64,000 bases of DNA from Chthonomonadales bacterium. Its GTDB lineage: Bacteria > Armatimonadota > Chthonomonadetes > Chthonomonadales > CAJBBX01. The notes under the pieces are model-generated. The model was given only the letters and a program-made list of their open reading frames with translations, was not told where the DNA came from and did no database searches. A program made the position numbers and the translations under genes. How positions within the stretch are numbered: position 1 is the first letter of the stretch; every line of letters starts with the position of its first letter. The stretch spans positions 2,945-66,944 of the forward strand of contig JABWBA010000007.1 in assembly GCA_013360745.1 (NCBI GenBank), written 5' to 3'. This document shows positions 30,477-39,191 of the stretch, piece after piece.

Positions 30477-31796
30477 ATGGCCCGTCGGCTAACCCGTCGT
30501 GATTTCGTCAAGGCCGCTGGCGCAGCCGCGGCTATGCCCGCCATCATCCCCGCATCGGCGCTCGGTCGGCAGGGGAAGACCCCGCCCAGCGAGCGGATCA
30601 CCATCGGCGTCATCGGCACCGGCTACCAGGCGCGAGGCCACATCGACCTGCTCATCCGACACCCCGACGTCAAGGTCCTCGCGGTTTGCGACGTCGATCG
30701 GACGCGGCGCGAGCACGCGAAAAAGATGGTGGAGGATTGGTACTCCGAGGACTCCTCCATCGGCGCGCACAAAGGCTGCGACGCCTATGTGGACTTTCGG
30801 GACATCACCAACCGGGCCGACATCGACGCCGTCCTCATCGCGACGCCCGACCACTGGCACTGCATCCCCGCAGTCGAAGCCATGAAGCATGGCAAGGACG
30901 TCTACTGCGAGAAACCGCTGACTCTGACCATCGCCGAAGGCAAGACCCTCATCGACGTCGCCCGGCGGCATCGACGCGTCTTCCAGGTCGGCAGCCAGCA
31001 GCGGTCGGGTTCGGAGTTTCGAGTGGCCTGCGAGGCCGTGCGGAACGGGCGGATCGGCAAAGTCCGACAGGTGTACGTCTCGGTCGGAGGCCCGAGCCGA
31101 CCGTGCGATCTCGGCGAGGAGCCGATGGAGCCCGGGCTCGATTGGGATCGATGGCTCGGCCCTGCGCCGATGCGCCCCTACAACTCCGTCCTGAGCCCGC
31201 GGGGCGTCCACAGCCATTTCCCCGATTGGCGCAGCTATCAGGAGTATTCGGGCGGGGGGATGACCGACTGGGGCGCGCACCATTTCGATATCGCCCAGTG
31301 GGGCCTGGGGATGGACCAGAGCGGACCCGTCGAGATCATCCCGCCCGACGACAAAGCGGCGGGCATCGGCGTCCGATACCTCTATGCCAACGGCGTCGAA
31401 GTGATCCATGGCGACTGGACCACGCCGGACGGGAATCGCATTGGGGGCGTCAACTTCGTCGGCGAGAACGGCTCCGTGCACGTCAATCGGGGCGAGCTTC
31501 AGAGCTGGCCCAACCGTATCGTCAAGGATCCGCTGGGCGCGGGCGAGAAGCCGCTCTACAAGTCGCCCGGCCACCATCAGGACTGGTTCGACTGCATCCG
31601 GAACCGGCAACGGCCGATCTGCGACGTTGAGATCGGAGCTCGATCCGTGACGGTGTGTCACCTGGGCAATCTCGCGTACTGGCACGACCGCAAACTCCGC
31701 TGGGACCCGGCGCGCTGGCGCTTCGTCGGCGACAGGGAAGCCGACAGCTGGCGATCGCGAGATCGTCGCGCGCCGTGGGACCGATGGCGAGCCTGA
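30477..31796 (+). CDS. Gfo/Idh/MocA family oxidoreductase with twin-arginine signal
   Basis: MARRLTRRDFVKAAGAAAAMPAIIP, then ITIGVIGTGYQ. It is a paralogue of the ORF at 414-1703. Confidence 0.85.
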   Translation: MARRLTRRDFVKAAGAAAAMPAIIPASALGRQGKTPPSERITIGVIGTGYQARGHIDLLIRHPDVKVLAVCDVDRTRREHAKKMVEDWYSEDSSIGAHKGCDAYVDFRDITNRADIDAVLIATPDHWHCIPAVEAMKHGKDVYCEKPLTLTIAEGKTLIDVARRHRRVFQVGSQQRSGSEFRVACEAVRNGRIGKVRQVYVSVGGPSRPCDLGEEPMEPGLDWDRWLGPAPMRPYNSVLSPRGVHSHFPDWRSYQEYSGGGMTDWGAHHFDIAQWGLGMDQSGPVEIIPPDDKAAGIGVRYLYANGVEVIHGDWTTPDGNRIGGVNFVGENGSVHVNRGELQSWPNRIVKDPLGAGEKPLYKSPGHHQDWFDCIRNRQRPICDVEIGARSVTVCHLGNLAYWHDRKLRWDPARWRFVGDREADSWRSRDRRAPWDRWRA

Positions 31797-33853
31797 CGTC
31801 GCGCCTTCTGGGCCTGCTCGTGATCGTGGCGCTGGGCGGCGCCGAGATCAGGGCCGCGGCGCAGGCCGCGCAGGAGCCGTGGACGCACCTCCTCGGCGCG
31901 GTGGGGCTCTCGCGCGAGCGCTGCCGTTTCGACCTGCTGGACATGGCGCAATACGGCGGCGGAGCCTACCGGCTGCCCGCGTTCGTTGCCGTCCATCAGG
32001 ACCCGCTCCGGATCCCAGCCTACGCGCGAATCGCCCGAAACGCCATCAAGGCCAGCTCCCAGCGCCTCGGAGGTCTCGCATCCTACGCCGCAGGCCGCAC
32101 CGACGACGGGACTCGGCTGGACCTCCTCGGCGATCCGCTCGCCGACGATAAAGCGGCCTCGGAGAAGCCAGGGGCCCTCCTCGCTGCCCTCAAGGCCGTC
32201 TGGACCGCCCGGGGAACGGCCCTGCCGAAAGCCGGAGCCGCACGGATCGCCGCCCAGCTGAAGACGGCGCCCGCGCCAATCGCTCGCCTCGCCGCGTTGC
32301 TGATCCGGGTCGAACTCCGCGCCCTGAGGTGGAGAACGCGCGCTCTCCAGCCAATCCCCCATCCGGATGCGGAACGCGTTCTCAAGAGCCTGATGGCGCC
32401 GCCATCCGACAGGGACGACTTCACCGCTGAGATCGAACGGGTCCAGGCAGGCATCGATCAGAAGAGAATGCTGGTTGGCGGCGAGCTCCTCGCCTTCGCG
32501 CTCGATGCCGCCGCCGCCGCGGCGGCGAACTGCGTCCGTGCGGCGCCGTTTCGGGTCGATATCGAGACGCCGATCGGCTGGGTGGCCATACGAGGCGGGG
32601 CGAACGACACCTATCCCGCCGACCGCCCGTACCTCCTCATCCTCGACACCGGCGGCTCCGACACCTACCGGGCCGGCGGGGCCACTCGCGACCTGGACAA
32701 CCCGGTCTCCCTTCTCATCGACCTGGCCGGGAACGATCGGTACATAGCTCCCGGCCTCGACAAAGGCGTCGCCGCCTGTGCCGACCGAAAGAAGGCCGAG
32801 CGAACGCCGGCCTTCGGCGCGGGCTTGCTGGGCTACGGCATGGTCCTCGATGTCGGCGGCAACGACGTCTACCGCGCGATGGGGCGCTGCCAGGGCTCCG
32901 GCTCCTTCGGCGTCGGGATTCTCGCGGATCTCGGCGGCGACGACCTCTACGACTGCCATACGTCGGGCCAGGGAGCCGCCTACTACGGGGTGGGCATCCT
33001 GTCGGACAGGGCCGGAACGGACGAGTACCGCTGCTTCACCACCTCGCAGGGCTACGCCTTCACCCGCGGTTGCGGCCTCCTCGCCGACTACGGCGACGGC
33101 GCCGACCTCTACGACGCGAACGATACCGTCATCGACTTCCCGTCACCCCAATCGGCCGACCACAACGCCAGCCTATCCCAGGGCTTCGGTTTCGGACGGC
33201 GGGCCGACTACACCGACGGTCACTCGCAGGCGGGAGGGATCGGCATCCTCTTCGATCAGGCCGGCGCAAACCGCTTCGTCTGCGGCGTGTTCGGACAGGG
33301 GGCCGGATACTGGTACGGCCTGGGGATGCTGCTGTCCGGCCCAGGCGACGACACCTACACGGGCCAATGGTATGTGCAGGGAAGCGCGGCGCATTTCGCG
33401 GTCGGCATCCTGGACGATCCGGGAGGCAGCGACTCGTACCGCGCCCCGATGAACATGGCGCAGGGCGCAGGCCACGACTTCAGCGTCGGATTTCTCATCG
33501 ATCGGGCCGGCAACGATCGCTACGAAGCCCCGAACCTGTCGCTGGGCGGCGGCAACGCCAACGGCATGGGCTTCTTCTGGGATATGCGCGGGGACGATGT
33601 CTACATCGCGGGCGGCGGGGCGACGATGGGTCGGGCGACCGTCGACGCGAGCGCCGCAGGCAGCCTGCGCGGGCGCAACCTGACCCTGGGCGTGTTCCTC
33701 GACACGGGCGGGAGGGATACCTACCCCGAAACCCTGACCGGAACCGGCGAGAACCGCCTGTGGACGATGGACGGGATGCGCGATGCGCCGCGCCCGATGA
33801 GCCGCGGCGTCGGACTCGATACGGAGGCCGACGTCACGGATGAGATCGCATGA
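31784..33853 (+). CDS. secreted repeat protein of unknown function (13 copies of a G-hydrophobic-L-x-D-x-G-G-x-D-x-Y unit)
   Basis: Start chosen at the ATG at 31784 (MASLTSRLLGLLVIVALGGAEIRAAAQA signal-like leader), overlapping the upstream stop by 13 nt. Its stop overlaps the next gene start (ATGA, 33850-33853). Confidence 0.7.
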   Translation: MASLTSRLLGLLVIVALGGAEIRAAAQAAQEPWTHLLGAVGLSRERCRFDLLDMAQYGGGAYRLPAFVAVHQDPLRIPAYARIARNAIKASSQRLGGLASYAAGRTDDGTRLDLLGDPLADDKAASEKPGALLAALKAVWTARGTALPKAGAARIAAQLKTAPAPIARLAALLIRVELRALRWRTRALQPIPHPDAERVLKSLMAPPSDRDDFTAEIERVQAGIDQKRMLVGGELLAFALDAAAAAAANCVRAAPFRVDIETPIGWVAIRGGANDTYPADRPYLLILDTGGSDTYRAGGATRDLDNPVSLLIDLAGNDRYIAPGLDKGVAACADRKKAERTPAFGAGLLGYGMVLDVGGNDVYRAMGRCQGSGSFGVGILADLGGDDLYDCHTSGQGAAYYGVGILSDRAGTDEYRCFTTSQGYAFTRGCGLLADYGDGADLYDANDTVIDFPSPQSADHNASLSQGFGFGRRADYTDGHSQAGGIGILFDQAGANRFVCGVFGQGAGYWYGLGMLLSGPGDDTYTGQWYVQGSAAHFAVGILDDPGGSDSYRAPMNMAQGAGHDFSVGFLIDRAGNDRYEAPNLSLGGGNANGMGFFWDMRGDDVYIAGGGATMGRATVDASAAGSLRGRNLTLGVFLDTGGRDTYPETLTGTGENRLWTMDGMRDAPRPMSRGVGLDTEADVTDEIA
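32591..33724 (+). repeat. intragenic tandem protein-level repeats (about 25-30 aa period)
   Basis: Motif copies read in the translation: GGANDTY, GGSDTY, AGNDRY, GGNDVY, GGDDLY, AGTDEY, DGADLY, AGANRF, PGDDTY, GGSDSY, AGNDRY, RGDDVY, GGRDTY. Most are preceded by G(I/M/F)L.D. Confidence 0.75.
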
Positions 33854-36800
33854 CCCCCCCGGTGGCGGAACGTACCGCCCTCCGGCGGCCGTCCTGCCGT
33901 CTGCTTACTGCCGCGGCCGTCCTCCTCGGCCTGCTCAGCTCGATGGAGATCACCTTCGGTCAGACGGTGGCGAGGCTCCGGCCTGCGGTCCCGTTGATCC
34001 GAAACGGCGGCTTCGAGACCGATACCGCCTGGAGCCTCTCGCAGTACTCCGAGATCGTGACGGGATCGGCCCGGACCGGCAGGCGCTGCCTGAAGGCGTT
34101 TGGCGATCGGGGCGCATCGGCCGAACAGACTGTCTGGAGCGTCGGGGCGGACCGGACCTATACGGCGTCGGGATGGATCCGAACCGAGGGCGTTCCGTCG
34201 GACCCTCAGGGCTACGCCTTCCTCGCGGTCTATGAGTACGACCGGGGCGGACGATTGGTCCGCTTTCAGGATTACGCCAGAATCACCGGCGATACGCCCT
34301 GGACCCGCTATCACTACACGGTTCGATTGACGGCGGCGACCGATTATCTGACGCTCCGCGCCGGCCTGCACGCGGCCTCCGGGACGGTATGGTTCGACGA
34401 TATTAACCTGACCGCGGGAGGCGAGCCCGCGCCGTGGCAGGAGCCTGCGCCGCAGGCGGACCGCACCCGTACCTATCGCGCGGCGATATTCCATGAGCCG
34501 GGACTGCCCGTCGACGGGTACGCGACACCGGTCGCAACGCTCCGGAAGGGCCTCGCGGCGGAAGGCATCCCCGCCTCCCTACTCACGGCTGCGGACCTTG
34601 CCGCCGGCAAGCTCAACCCCGATGCCTTCGACCTCCTGATCGTCCCAACCGGCGCCTCCTTCCCCATCGCGGCGCGCCGGGGTCTGCTGGGGTTTCTCAT
34701 GGCCGGCGGCGACCTCCTCTGCACGGGGGGATATGCCTTCGACAACCTCCTGGCTCGCGATGACGGCGGCTGGATCTCGTATCGGGAGCGCCTCAAGGAG
34801 GCGCGAACAACCGCCGCGGGCCGGCAGATACCCAACGGGGGTTTTGAGGACGCGACCGGGACCGGATGGGAAGCGGATGGCCCCGCCTGCGCCATCGACG
34901 ACGAGACGGCGGTCTCGGGCAAGCGGAGCGGGCGCGTCCGGATCGATGATCTCGGCTCCGGAGCCCGATGGACGGCGACTCTCGAGGTGGAGCCGGGCAA
35001 AACCTATCTCGTCGGCGCGCACGCCCGGGCGACGAACATCCGGGGCTCCCACTTCGGCTTTCTGGCGGTCTATCAGTATGACGGGGATAACAAGCTGCTG
35101 GAGTTCAAGGACTTCGCCCATCTGACCGGCTCGTCGGATTGGAGGCGGTACGAGACGCCCGTGGCGATCCATCCTGCCGCACGGCGCGTGCTCTTCCACG
35201 CGGGCCTGTACCTCGCGGCGGGCACGCTGAACGTCGATGACGTCACCCTGGGCGCGCTCCCATCCGAGGAGCGGATCAACGCCCATTACGGCACGCCCAT
35301 GGACGGCCTGGTAGTCAGCCCGGTCCAGCTCACCCTTTTCAGCCCGGATCAGCCCCTGACGGGCGTACGGGCGGTGGGCGCCTGGCCGGGCATGGAGGGT
35401 GTCCGGATCGAGGGCGATCTGCGGGGCTTCGACGCAACCGCACAGCTCCGGGAGAGCGGACGCTGGCAGTCGATCCTGACGGCGCAGGACCGCTACGGGC
35501 GGATCTCGGGGTCGGCCGGCGCGCTGGTCACGCATACCACCGGCCCCTTCGGCGGATCCCGCTGGGCGCTGTTCGGCATCACCAACCGGGACATCTTCGC
35601 CGGTCCGGCCGGCCTGACGCTCCTCCGGCGAACGCTCCGGGTCCTTGCCCAGCCGGTCGCAGCCCGATCGCTCACCTCCGACTACGCGCTGTACGAACCG
35701 GGCGAGACCGCCCTGCTGACGCTGGGGCTGCATGCGCCCTCCCGTACCGCGCGCGCCGCTCCGATCACGATCACGCTCACGCTGGACGCCCCGGGCCGCT
35801 CCAGCAAACCGATCGTCCGATTCACGAAGCGCCTGACGCCCGCCTCAGCGATGCCCGCTCGGCTGAGTTTCTCGTGGAAGACGCCGCCATCGGCGCCCGA
35901 CTTCGTCCGGGCCCGTGCGGTTCTCGCCCTCCCGAGCGGCGAGGTGATGGACACGATCGAAACCGGCTTCTGTGTCCGGAGCGGGGCCGTGATCGCCGCC
36001 GGCACACGGATCCGCTTCTCGGATAATGCGTTCGAGCTGCATCGCCCGGGCACGCCTCCGACGCGCACGACCCTGTTCGGCACGGACACCTACGCCAACA
36101 TGTTCCTCTCGCCGTCCTGCAGTCCGCTGACGTGGTACCGGGACCTTCAGGCGATGCGGGCCTACGGGCTGCATATGTACGAGAACCTCCAGTATCCTCC
36201 GGCCGGCTGGACCTACAGCAAGGCGGAATGGAGGCGGATGGACGCGCTGATCCAGCTGTCCCAGCGCTTTGGCCTGCCCTACATGGCAGGCCTCCTGATC
36301 GGCGTGAACGTAGCGGTGGACGATGCGACGCTCGAGGCCCAGGCTCGCATGTGCCGCACGTTCGCCGCGCGATACCGGCATGTCCCCGGTCTGATCTATT
36401 ACCTGAACGGCGACTTCAAGCTGGACCTGGCCGATCTGCCGGATCTCCGCCGACTGTGGAACGAGATGCTGCGCGAGCGCTACGGCACAGATGAGGCGCT
36501 CCGAGCGGCGTGGGGAGGGGAGGCGGCGCCCGAGCGGCTCGGCGAGATCCCTGTCCAGAACCATCGCTCGGACGCGCCGTTCAGCGTCCGGCGACAGGAT
36601 GTGCGGCGCTTCCAGGCGGCTCTCGTCCGGCGCTGGGTCGGGGCGTTGACGGCAGCCATCCGCTCGGAGGATACCGAACACCCGATCACCAGCGAGTTCT
36701 ATCAACGCCCGTACGACGGGATCGACCTCCGGCTGAGTATGGACGGGATGGACGTCGCCAATATCGGCTACTTCGGGCCGCCGCAGGAGGACCTCGCTCA

Positions 36801-38142
36801 GCTCCTGGCGACGATCAAATGGAACGATAGGCGCAGGGACGGCAAGAGCGTCAACATCGGCGAGTTCGGTGTCAAGACCCATGACGCCTGGAAACAGGAG
36901 GGGAACGCGGAAGGCTACCACGTGGGCAGGTCGGAGGAGGAGCAGCGACGCCAGCTCTGGTGGATCGTCCATGCCGCCCTTGCGTTCGATGTCACCAAGA
37001 TCCAGAACTGGTGCTGGTCCGACGATCCGGACCGGGTCTTTCCCTGGGGCGTCGCCTACGTCAACCCGCTCCGCCCCAAGCCGGCGCTCAAGCTCTGGAG
37101 AAACCTGCGGCTCCTCTCCGAGCTCATGCCGCACGCCTATGAGCCGGCTCGAACGGTCTTCGTCATGCCCGATAGCTGGAGGCTGGGCGCCCCGGATGCC
37201 GCGTCATGGCGCTGGGTTGCCAACGCGCTGGAATGGCTCCTCGCCACGAACCTGCGGTTCGACGTCGTCAACGAAGCGGACGTGGGCAACCTCCATCCGA
37301 TCCCGAGGCTCGTCATCGCGCCGCTGACCTCCCGCGCGCCGCAACGCGTCCTGGACCAGCTCGGCGAGCTGGCCCGGTCCGGTGCGACGGTCTACCTATC
37401 GGATCCTCCCGACGCGCTCCTCCACGGCCCCGAACCCGTTCGTCAGGGCTATCACGATCTCCTCGTTCGGGAGCTCGGAACGGGGAGGCTGATCCTGTGC
37501 CCCGGCGCGCCGGAAGCGATGCCGGAAGCCGACCTCTTCGTTCAGCAGCCGGAGCTGGCCTCTGATCCCGAGGTGAACCGCTACCTGGCGCTGCCCGGCC
37601 TCGCGGGCATGGAGCCGGAGATCATCGTGCGCTCCGATCGGGGGCTATGGCGGGCCGCTGCCCGGAGCGCCGAGGGGCGCACCCTGGTCGCCCTCTTCCC
37701 TCGGGGCGCCTATGATGGGAAAGGGCAGGTGGAGGCGGTGTGCCGGGGCCGGCGCATCGTATGGGAGGTGGAGGCAGGATGGCCCTGTCTCGTGGCGCTC
37801 GATCGGGCGGGCGCCGTCATCGGCGCATCCGGAGGCGGGCGGCTCACAGTCGACGGAGTCGAGATCGCCCGGGGCGATGGCCCGTGGATGGCGGCCTCCG
37901 CCGATGGATTGCCGCTGAACCGCTCGAACCGGGTGGTCGGCGCCATGGTGCGGGACGGAGTCCTGACCATCCCGAGCGTCCATGCGCGTCGGGCCGCACA
38001 GGCCGCCGAACTCCGAGACGGCGCCCCCGTGCCGCTCGCCCGGGCCCCGGCCGCAGCCATGGCCCCACGACAGGGAACGGCCATGACGGCGAATGAGCTG
38101 TACCTGATCCGACCTGAGCCTCCGGTCCCATCAGGGCGATGA
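33850..38142 (+). CDS. 1430-aa secreted multidomain glycoside-hydrolase-like protein (two CBM4/9-like modules, GH42-like TIM barrel, GATase1-like modules)
   Basis: Signal-like N-terminus. There are two NGGFE(T/D)...W...G......R.......FDD(I/V)(N/T)L modules. The central region and the VFVMPDSW...RFDVVNEADV...RLVIAPL segment resemble the beta-galactosidase GH42 catalytic and trimerisation domains. Confidence 0.7.
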   Translation: MTPPVAERTALRRPSCRLLTAAAVLLGLLSSMEITFGQTVARLRPAVPLIRNGGFETDTAWSLSQYSEIVTGSARTGRRCLKAFGDRGASAEQTVWSVGADRTYTASGWIRTEGVPSDPQGYAFLAVYEYDRGGRLVRFQDYARITGDTPWTRYHYTVRLTAATDYLTLRAGLHAASGTVWFDDINLTAGGEPAPWQEPAPQADRTRTYRAAIFHEPGLPVDGYATPVATLRKGLAAEGIPASLLTAADLAAGKLNPDAFDLLIVPTGASFPIAARRGLLGFLMAGGDLLCTGGYAFDNLLARDDGGWISYRERLKEARTTAAGRQIPNGGFEDATGTGWEADGPACAIDDETAVSGKRSGRVRIDDLGSGARWTATLEVEPGKTYLVGAHARATNIRGSHFGFLAVYQYDGDNKLLEFKDFAHLTGSSDWRRYETPVAIHPAARRVLFHAGLYLAAGTLNVDDVTLGALPSEERINAHYGTPMDGLVVSPVQLTLFSPDQPLTGVRAVGAWPGMEGVRIEGDLRGFDATAQLRESGRWQSILTAQDRYGRISGSAGALVTHTTGPFGGSRWALFGITNRDIFAGPAGLTLLRRTLRVLAQPVAARSLTSDYALYEPGETALLTLGLHAPSRTARAAPITITLTLDAPGRSSKPIVRFTKRLTPASAMPARLSFSWKTPPSAPDFVRARAVLALPSGEVMDTIETGFCVRSGAVIAAGTRIRFSDNAFELHRPGTPPTRTTLFGTDTYANMFLSPSCSPLTWYRDLQAMRAYGLHMYENLQYPPAGWTYSKAEWRRMDALIQLSQRFGLPYMAGLLIGVNVAVDDATLEAQARMCRTFAARYRHVPGLIYYLNGDFKLDLADLPDLRRLWNEMLRERYGTDEALRAAWGGEAAPERLGEIPVQNHRSDAPFSVRRQDVRRFQAALVRRWVGALTAAIRSEDTEHPITSEFYQRPYDGIDLRLSMDGMDVANIGYFGPPQEDLAQLLATIKWNDRRRDGKSVNIGEFGVKTHDAWKQEGNAEGYHVGRSEEEQRRQLWWIVHAALAFDVTKIQNWCWSDDPDRVFPWGVAYVNPLRPKPALKLWRNLRLLSELMPHAYEPARTVFVMPDSWRLGAPDAASWRWVANALEWLLATNLRFDVVNEADVGNLHPIPRLVIAPLTSRAPQRVLDQLGELARSGATVYLSDPPDALLHGPEPVRQGYHDLLVRELGTGRLILCPGAPEAMPEADLFVQQPELASDPEVNRYLALPGLAGMEPEIIVRSDRGLWRAAARSAEGRTLVALFPRGAYDGKGQVEAVCRGRRIVWEVEAGWPCLVALDRAGAVIGASGGGRLTVDGVEIARGDGPWMAASADGLPLNRSNRVVGAMVRDGVLTIPSVHARRAAQAAELRDGAPVPLARAPAAAMAPRQGTAMTANELYLIRPEPPVPSGR

Positions 38143-38243
38143 GCGGCCCTGAGGCCGGAAGCCTCGGACCGACCGCTGTCGGCGCCCCCGGCAGCGCCGT
38201 TGGTCCGGGCGTCGACATGGTGTGCGCATCGCGGGTCGGGCGT

Positions 38244-38573
38244 TCATAGCCTCGTACACTGAGCGATCAGCGTGAAGGGTTCGGTCCTGTGCCGGTCGGC
38301 GTCGGTCACGCTGTAGACTTCGGAGCCCACGGTCAGGCGGTCCCCGGGCTCGACATCCGAATCGTAGGGTAGGAGGATGTTCCAGAGGGTAATCCCTTCG
38401 AGGCCGCCGCCGCCGTCGCTCGTGATCGCCCGCTTGGGGATCACCCGGCAGGGCTCCGATCCGATCGTCACCCACTGGAACGACTGCTGATTGAACCGCT
38501 GGACGGAGGCGGTGTCGGGCATGAGCCGCACAAACGCACGACGGATGGCTTCGATCTCCGCAGGCCTCAACAT
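38244..38573 (-). CDS. head-completion (head-tail adaptor / head-closure-like) small protein
   Basis: 109 aa. The ATG at 38573 (MLRPAEIEAIRR) overlaps the upstream stop by 7 nt. Size, position and the C.VIP...pattern resemble small phage head-closure proteins. The assignment is tentative. Confidence 0.45.
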   Translation of the reverse strand: MLRPAEIEAIRRAFVRLMPDTASVQRFNQQSFQWVTIGSEPCRVIPKRAITSDGGGGLEGITLWNILLPYDSDVEPGDRLTVGSEVYSVTDADRHRTEPFTLIAQCTRL

Positions 38574-39154
38574 GCGTCGCTCCGGATGGCGCGCACGGTG
38601 TCGACCATCTGCCGCGCTCGGAGGGCTGCCGCGAGCTCGAGCAACCTGCCCGCCTGCATACCCCGGGCCAGGGTCTGATCGCCCGATTTGACATCGTATT
38701 CCGTCTTCAGCCCGGCCGCCCAGGCCTCCAGCGCATCCGCGCCCGCACCCGGGAGGTCGTACCGCCGGCCGACGATCGTTACCGGCGGCGGCTGATGGGC
38801 GCTGAAGGTCCAGGCGCCCCGGCGCCAATCGCTGCTCGACGGGCTCAACGCCCCGTAGTCGGCGCCGAACAGGGTCCCGCCCTCTTCCCAGTCGCCTAGC
38901 CAGCTTGCCCAGCCGGTCCGAAGCACGCTCTGGAACAGGTCGGGACGGGCGGCCCTGTACTCCAGGTACGTCACCACACCGCCCTGGCCGATGGTCTCCA
39001 GCGGGATGAGCGAGAGGTACCGATACTCGGTCCGTCGTTGATCGAGGCGCTCCTGAAGCTGCTCATCCGTATAATAGGCGTCATTGCCAGCGGGATCACC
39101 GATCAACAACCGCATCCGATCGATCAGATCCTGCATTGTCGCGCGCACCGCCAT
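38567..39154 (-). CDS. phage structural protein of unknown role (head-tail connector-like N-terminus)
   Basis: 195 aa. The ATG at 39154 lies 9 nt after an AAGGAGG. The N-terminus ATMQDLIDRMRLLIGDPAG..YTDEQLQ..LD resembles connector or minor structural proteins. Confidence 0.45.
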   Translation of the reverse strand: MAVRATMQDLIDRMRLLIGDPAGNDAYYTDEQLQERLDQRRTEYRYLSLIPLETIGQGGVVTYLEYRAARPDLFQSVLRTGWASWLGDWEEGGTLFGADYGALSPSSSDWRRGAWTFSAHQPPPVTIVGRRYDLPGAGADALEAWAAGLKTEYDVKSGDQTLARGMQAGRLLELAAALRARQMVDTVRAIRSDAC

Positions 39155-39191
39155 GCCCAACCTCCTCCTTTCGGAACCCCGGTTCCGCCCT

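Noticed and set aside
28253-30619. 788-aa minus-strand ORF spanning four + strand genes
   Set aside because: It crosses the boundaries of the NDP-sugar pyrophosphorylase, DUF4432, WecB/TagA and oxidoreductase genes, each of which has family motifs. It is a shadow frame.
31655-31783. Upstream extension of the solenoid-repeat ORF
   Set aside because: It lies within the 3-prime end of the oxidoreductase gene in another frame. The signal-peptide-like sequence begins at the ATG at 31784.
32591-33724. Considered calling the G-G-x-D-x-Y repeats RTX (haemolysin-type calcium-binding) repeats
   Set aside because: The RTX unit is a 9-residue GGxGxDxUx tandem. Here the period is about 25-30 residues, with a conserved aromatic and a preceding hydrophobic-L-x-D element, so the family assignment would be unsupported.
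38574-38828. N-terminal extension (85 codons) of the 194-aa ORF at 38244-38828, and the 187-aa ORF at 38131-38694
   Set aside because: Both overlap the 195-aa phage gene in other frames and are Arg/Gly-rich. The internal ATG at 38573 gives the usual short overlap with the upstream stop.
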